19,876 nt of DNA from Promethearchaeota archaeon (GTDB lineage: Archaea; Asgardarchaeota; Odinarchaeia; Odinarchaeales; JBHLKK01), in contig JBHLPL010000015.1 of assembly GCA_048939465.1 (NCBI GenBank), positions 1 to 19,876 on the forward strand. Reading direction: 5' to 3'. Within the stretch, counting starts at the first letter, position 1. Each line of letters begins with the position of its first letter. The position numbers and the translations under genes are program-made. The notes under the pieces are model-generated. The model saw nothing but the letters and a program-made list of their open reading frames with translations. It did not search any database and was not told the DNA's origin. Below are positions 15,766-19,876 of this stretch, piece by piece.

Positions 15766-15793
15766 GGCGAATCAGATATAAGAATTTTTCGCC
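15766..15793 (-). promoter_or_regulatory. TATA box flanked by the inverted repeat GGCGAA-N16-TTCGCC
   Basis: Minus strand reads GGCGAAAAATTCTTATATCTGATTCGCC; the TATA-like CTTATAT lies between the arms, about 40 nt upstream of TTG 15733. Confidence 0.5.
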
Positions 15794-15873
15794 TATCCCC
15801 GCTTCTATTCATCAAAGATACGTATACCATTTTCGACTCAGCGAAGAAACTCATACCGAAGACCGGGATGAAA

Positions 15874-16182
15874 TCACCGCCGACGTCTAAAGGTCTGAAT
15901 CGAAGAGCTTAGTTCTTGAAGCGATAGAGGCGTGCCTTCTTCGCGCTCATCCTTCACAAAAAAGGTTTCTTCACGCCTACATATTGAAAGAATATGAATG
16001 TCTTGGATATAACATTCAACAATATCTCTTGAGACTATGATTGCACCGAAGTCAATACTCCCAAGTTGGTTCAGAATCTCTTCCTTTGTTGCTTTTATCC
16101 ATTGGTTGGTCGTCTCTACAGGGAAGTGAGTACTTCGCATCTCATCCAGAAGAGCGGAAGTTAGTTTTTCTGTATCGCTCAT
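15874..16182 (-). CDS. Small hypothetical protein (~102 aa)
   Basis: Open frame filling the gap between co-oriented genes; ATG 16182 has a GGGAG SD and a TATATATA element at about 16234-16241 upstream, favouring it over TTG 16227. No family recognised. Confidence 0.55.
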   Translation of the reverse strand: MSDTEKLTSALLDEMRSTHFPVETTNQWIKATKEEILNQLGSIDFGAIIVSRDIVECYIQDIHILSICRREETFFVKDEREEGTPLSLQELSSSIQTFRRRR

Positions 16183-16246
16183 TTGATGGATAGCTCTCCC
16201 TATTATTTCGGCATAAAAATCAAACAAAGGAAATATATATAGTTTA

Positions 16247-16951
16247 TTATGTCGTCAGACAAAGTCCGGGTACATATAAGGCAATGTCTATCAGTGATTC
16301 TGATCCGGTTGATGTCTTCTTCCGAACTGTCAGCAGTCTCTCTACTAGTGATTCCATCAGTAATACAAGTGCCCCTATAGCTGTTCCTAACAGGGCTCCA
16401 GCGACTACGTCCGAGGGGTAGTGAACCCCGACATAGACCCTTAAGAAACCTACCATTCCGGCGAATATCAACAGTGGTACTCTGAACCTTTTGCATTTAA
16501 CTGCAATAAAAGTCCAGACAAAGAATGCTAACATGGTGTCTGCAGAGGGGAAGGAGGTCTCACCAAATTGAGGAGCCAGTCTGCGCGTATAGTTCAGGGT
16601 TAGAGAAGGACGTGGACGGCCGAAGTATATCTTGAGACTACTGCCAAAAAGAATCACAAGCCAGAAACTGGCGGCCATTAACAGAACGGCCATCCTTGAT
16701 CCAGCATCTTTTCTTGCGGCAAGCAGAATAGTGCCAATCATGAAGAGAATTAATGCACCATAGCTGGCTATCGGGGGTCCTATTGCATCTAGTACCGGAT
16801 TCGCCAGTACTTGGTTGACTAAGTAAAACAGGCTCTCATCACCTATTAGAAGAATGGTTGCGGCAAGAGAGATAAGAATTAATCCAACGATCAGCAGATA
16901 CCTGTAGTCATCTTTTAGGCTTCTCCCGCCGACAGCCTCGTATTCACCCAA
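16247..16951 (-). CDS. PAP2 family membrane phosphatase (C2 motif PSAD instead of PSGH)
   Basis: C1 KIYFGRPRP, C2 SFPSAD, C3 LRVYVGVHYPSDV, about six hydrophobic segments. Confidence 0.88.
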   Translation of the reverse strand: MGEYEAVGGRSLKDDYRYLLIVGLILISLAATILLIGDESLFYLVNQVLANPVLDAIGPPIASYGALILFMIGTILLAARKDAGSRMAVLLMAASFWLVILFGSSLKIYFGRPRPSLTLNYTRRLAPQFGETSFPSADTMLAFFVWTFIAVKCKRFRVPLLIFAGMVGFLRVYVGVHYPSDVVAGALLGTAIGALVLLMESLVERLLTVRKKTSTGSESLIDIALYVPGLCLTT

Positions 16952-16999
16952 AGACCTTCCCCCAATTAGTACTTTAATATTAGACTTGGTAGTATTTAT

Positions 17000-19246
17000 C
17001 TATTCTGCAAATAGCTGTTTGACCCACTCAGTTTCCTTCTGGAACGGTGAAACATCGCCATCCCAAGAATAGAGCATAGAAGAGTATTTCTCCTCAAAGC
17101 CAGCAACCAAGTTTCTCAGTTTTAGTCTCAGGTCAGAAGTCTCTCGATCCGCCAGAAGTGCGGCAAAAACGTGATTGCCATATTCGATCAAAAGCGTTAT
17201 ATCCCCGTGATCAATCGTTCTAAGAAGATCTCTGCTTCTCGTCGTCTCCTTTACAAATGAAGAGATGGCAGACAGCATTCCCGCCACGAGCGTGGGCTCA
17301 GTCGGAGTCTCTATGAAAGAATAGCTGAACACGTTCCTTCCGTCATGAGTGACAATATACAGACCTTGAAGCGTAGCACGGTAGTACGTGAAGCAGAATT
17401 CTGAGGCTGAAACACTTAAGACCCTATACTTATAAAGATCGTCAAGTATGCCGTAGAGACGCTCAACAGATATCTTAGTCTTGGATAGTAGTTGGCCAAA
17501 CGTGTGGGGATCTTTTCTTATCAGTCCATAAATCCTCTTGGTGTCTTTTTTGGGAGAGAGAAGAGATATGTCTTCTTTCAAGTCGAACAAGAATCCATTC
17601 TTGGCAGTCAGAAGTTCAGGCTCTGATGGATATTCTGGGAATTCCGAGTATATTGCCTCCGTCACCTGAGATTCAGACACTTCTTTTCTGATCTTGAAAG
17701 GGTTGTTCCAATAATGGAATACAAAGGCAAAGAACATAACGGCCAATAATGATTTCAGGACGGTGAATGGAGTGGCAATAATGTCAAATGCGAGAACGCC
17801 TCCTGTTACTATCCTCAGCAAAGCTGTTCTAACTGTAAAAAGTGAAAAGGACGGCGTATCAATTAGGCTAGGAGACGGGGTAATCCAGAAGGTTTCCACA
17901 GGTACTATGAAGAAAGGTATTCCAAGGCCTAGTATTCCAATTGTGAATGTCAGAGAGTAGGAGATTATTACTGTAAGCATGAAACTTGAAGGAAGTATCC
18001 GCGAGAGCCAGCCACTGATGAGTCCCCAAAGAACAAGTCCACTGATGAGGAAGACTGCGCTTAAGATAATGTTTCCGCTCAGAAGAAGTTGCTGACTCAT
18101 TGTCGGTGTGCCGCCGACCAGGAGATAGTTGTTGTAATCTAAGCCCCCTCCTGTTGCAACCGCCCATCCAAATGAGATAAGGTAATTAAATAGGAAACTG
18201 AAACCAAACATAATTACTGAAAACGCAAAGGTGTATGTCAGCTTTTTTGATGTTACTGGCGTCCGAAAATCATCTGCCTTTGGCCTCAAACTCGAGCAGA
18301 TCTTTACTAAGATGAATGATGCTACTGCCTCAAAGAGAGGTAGAAATGCGATGAAAGTAATACTCAGCATGACATAATACGAGACAAAATATAGAACTGT
18401 TGAGGGAAATCCCAAACCGGGAGTAATGGCAGCTTGCTGGATGAAGAGAATAGCGGTTAAGAGAGAGAGAACAGCCCCAACAGCCATTAGATACTGGAAT
18501 GTTGACTCCTTTATCCTTTCTCCAACAGATCTACCCTCATAGGATGTGTTGCTTGAGTATAGTACGTAGACAGCTATCAGAGGGAACGTTAGATAGACCA
18601 GGAAGACCTCTATAAACCAGCCAAGATTGGTTGCAGAAGTAGTTATGGGATTTTCCGTAACACCCACGACGTTAACAATTCCTGTCAAAATATAGAGTGA
18701 AAGTGGAAGTAGCACAATAAGCATCTTTAGGAATTCTTTCTCTTCTCTCCATGTTGCAGTCAGTATTCTTGTTTTCATTCTCTCCACCGGGTTCACTCGA
18801 TAGTCGAAACTGAGTCTGCCAAATTTCTCTCTTATGGATCCGTTCTCTTTTCTGAGCTTGATGATCAAGATTCCTGCGCTAAGTAGAGGCGCACCCACAA
18901 ATATGAAAGGCCACGAGACGGCGATAAATGAAAAGATGTTAGACAGTAGTTCTACAGTCATCAGCAGAAAATACGAAGCCACCTGTCCTATGTCACCGAA
19001 GGATTGAACCTCGAATAGAGTGTGAGTTGTATACGAGGGGTCGTTTTGGAAGAAGAGATAGTCATACAGTATCCCAGGGAGCATATAGTACAAGGCCCAA
19101 AAGAATATGAAGCATAGTAATAGCCGTGCATAGAACTTCCTAAAAGTGGCTCTTGAGCGTAGTAGGATATAGGGAAGAAAGGCAACAACAATTGGTATGC
19201 TGTTAACGAGAAAGGAAAGGATTAGGTCAACCGCCATTTCTACCAA
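17000..19246 (-). CDS. Polytopic membrane protein (~11-12 TM) with cytoplasmic winged helix and C-terminal longin-like domain
   Basis: About 510 aa of repeated hydrophobic helices, then HTFGQLLSKTKISVERLYGILDDLYKYRVL (wHTH), then LYIVTHDGRN...VAGMLSAISSFVKE...LRTIDHGD...EEKYSSMLYSWDGDVSPF (longin-like). Start TTG 19246 or ATG 19237. Confidence 0.75.
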   Translation of the reverse strand: MVEMAVDLILSFLVNSIPIVVAFLPYILLRSRATFRKFYARLLLCFIFFWALYYMLPGILYDYLFFQNDPSYTTHTLFEVQSFGDIGQVASYFLLMTVELLSNIFSFIAVSWPFIFVGAPLLSAGILIIKLRKENGSIREKFGRLSFDYRVNPVERMKTRILTATWREEKEFLKMLIVLLPLSLYILTGIVNVVGVTENPITTSATNLGWFIEVFLVYLTFPLIAVYVLYSSNTSYEGRSVGERIKESTFQYLMAVGAVLSLLTAILFIQQAAITPGLGFPSTVLYFVSYYVMLSITFIAFLPLFEAVASFILVKICSSLRPKADDFRTPVTSKKLTYTFAFSVIMFGFSFLFNYLISFGWAVATGGGLDYNNYLLVGGTPTMSQQLLLSGNIILSAVFLISGLVLWGLISGWLSRILPSSFMLTVIISYSLTFTIGILGLGIPFFIVPVETFWITPSPSLIDTPSFSLFTVRTALLRIVTGGVLAFDIIATPFTVLKSLLAVMFFAFVFHYWNNPFKIRKEVSESQVTEAIYSEFPEYPSEPELLTAKNGFLFDLKEDISLLSPKKDTKRIYGLIRKDPHTFGQLLSKTKISVERLYGILDDLYKYRVLSVSASEFCFTYYRATLQGLYIVTHDGRNVFSYSFIETPTEPTLVAGMLSAISSFVKETTRSRDLLRTIDHGDITLLIEYGNHVFAALLADRETSDLRLKLRNLVAGFEEKYSSMLYSWDGDVSPFQKETEWVKQLFAE

Positions 19247-19302
19247 ATCCCATAATTGGATATAATGAATCTACAGTGATTTAAGTATTTTTGATCTGCT
19301 GA

Positions 19303-19876
19303 TTATGATTCTCGTAGAAGCTTCTGTGGACTTCGAAAATTGAGGACTTCAGGGTTTACAAGATTCGGAGGAGTCTTTCCTCTGAAAAACTTCAGGAGGT
19401 TCTCGGCCACCATAATTGCCATTCTTGTCCTGGTTTCAACACTGGCACTTCCAATATGAGGCACAAGAACTACATTGGCAAGTTTTAGGAGGGGGCTCTT
19501 TTGAGAAATTGGCTCTTCTTCGAATACGTCAAGGGCCGCACCTGCTATCCATCCTTCCTGTAACGCTTTTGCTAATGCGGCCTCGTCAACTATCGGTCCT
19601 CTAGCTGCATTCACAAGGTATGCAGTTCGTTTCATGGCCTTGAATTCACGTTCTCCAAATAGCCTACGGGTTCTTTCTGTTAGCGGCGTATGTATTGTAA
19701 CAAAATCAGATTCTTTAAGAATCCTCTTGAAATCCACAAACTCCAGACCGAATTCGGCCTCAATGTCCATCCTTCTGGTAATATCATAATACAGTACTTT
19801 CATATTGAAGCCAGTAGCCCTGCGAGCAATTGAGGCCCCGATTCTACCCAATCCAACTATCCCTAGAGTCTTTCCG
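19303..19876 (-). CDS. D-isomer-specific 2-hydroxyacid dehydrogenase (glyoxylate reductase-like), 5' part outside the window
   Basis: The frame stays open to the window edge: GKTLGIVGLGRIG (Rossmann), YYD, HTPLT, VNAARGPIVDE, ALDVFEEEP, PHIGSAS with catalytic Arg/Glu/His. Confidence 0.92.
   Translation of the reverse strand, partial: GKTLGIVGLGRIGASIARRATGFNMKVLYYDITRRMDIEAEFGLEFVDFKRILKESDFVTIHTPLTERTRRLFGEREFKAMKRTAYLVNAARGPIVDEAALAKALQEGWIAGAALDVFEEEPISQKSPLLKLANVVLVPHIGSASVETRTRMAIMVAENLLKFFRGKTPPNLVNPEVLNFRSPQKLLRES

Noticed and set aside
376-19604. Numerous alternative-frame and antisense ORFs in the track (e.g. 376-795, 2164-2739, 3702-4028, 7901-8296, 8726-9088, 10880-11248, 14168-14602, 16203-16496)
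   Set aside because: They overlap well-supported genes, have no recognisable motifs and look like shadow ORFs.
1-19876. tRNA, rRNA, CRISPR arrays, transposases or integrases
   Set aside because: No T-loop or cloverleaf pattern in the intergenic gaps, no regularly spaced repeats and no mobile-element protein motifs were found by eye.

Overview
Archaeal chromosomal window with no rRNA, tRNA, CRISPR array or recognisable mobile element. It is probably from an Asgard archaeon, inferred from two longin-like proteins with the 'DG..G.LSA..F..E...WDG' signature, a PCI-like winged helix and C-terminal zinc ribbons. Positions 158-5022 hold an archaeal CoA biosynthesis cluster: phosphopantothenate synthetase, panB, a stand-alone Lrp/AsnC RAM domain, pantoate kinase, a gamma-carbonic-anhydrase-like protein and coaBC. 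Positions 5246-10052 are an accessory block: a longin-wHTH protein overlapping a wHTH-methyltransferase-zinc-ribbon gene, a convergent 2TM-HEPN-like protein with a long structured 5' leader, and a divergent tandem Lrp-like regulator. Then come a K+-independent H+-pyrophosphatase (hppA), an AsnB-like ligase lacking the catalytic N-terminal Cys, and a metal-dependent TIM-barrel protein. On the minus strand are a 2TM-PCI/wHTH-zinc-ribbon protein, a small hypothetical, a PAP2 phosphatase with an atypical C2 motif, a ~11-12 TM protein ending in wHTH + longin, and a 2-hydroxyacid dehydrogenase truncated by the window edge. The most interesting signals are the pair of related longin domains (one soluble, one on a polytopic membrane protein) and the HEPN-like membrane gene with its multi-conformation leader. 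All domain calls are by motif recognition, not database search.
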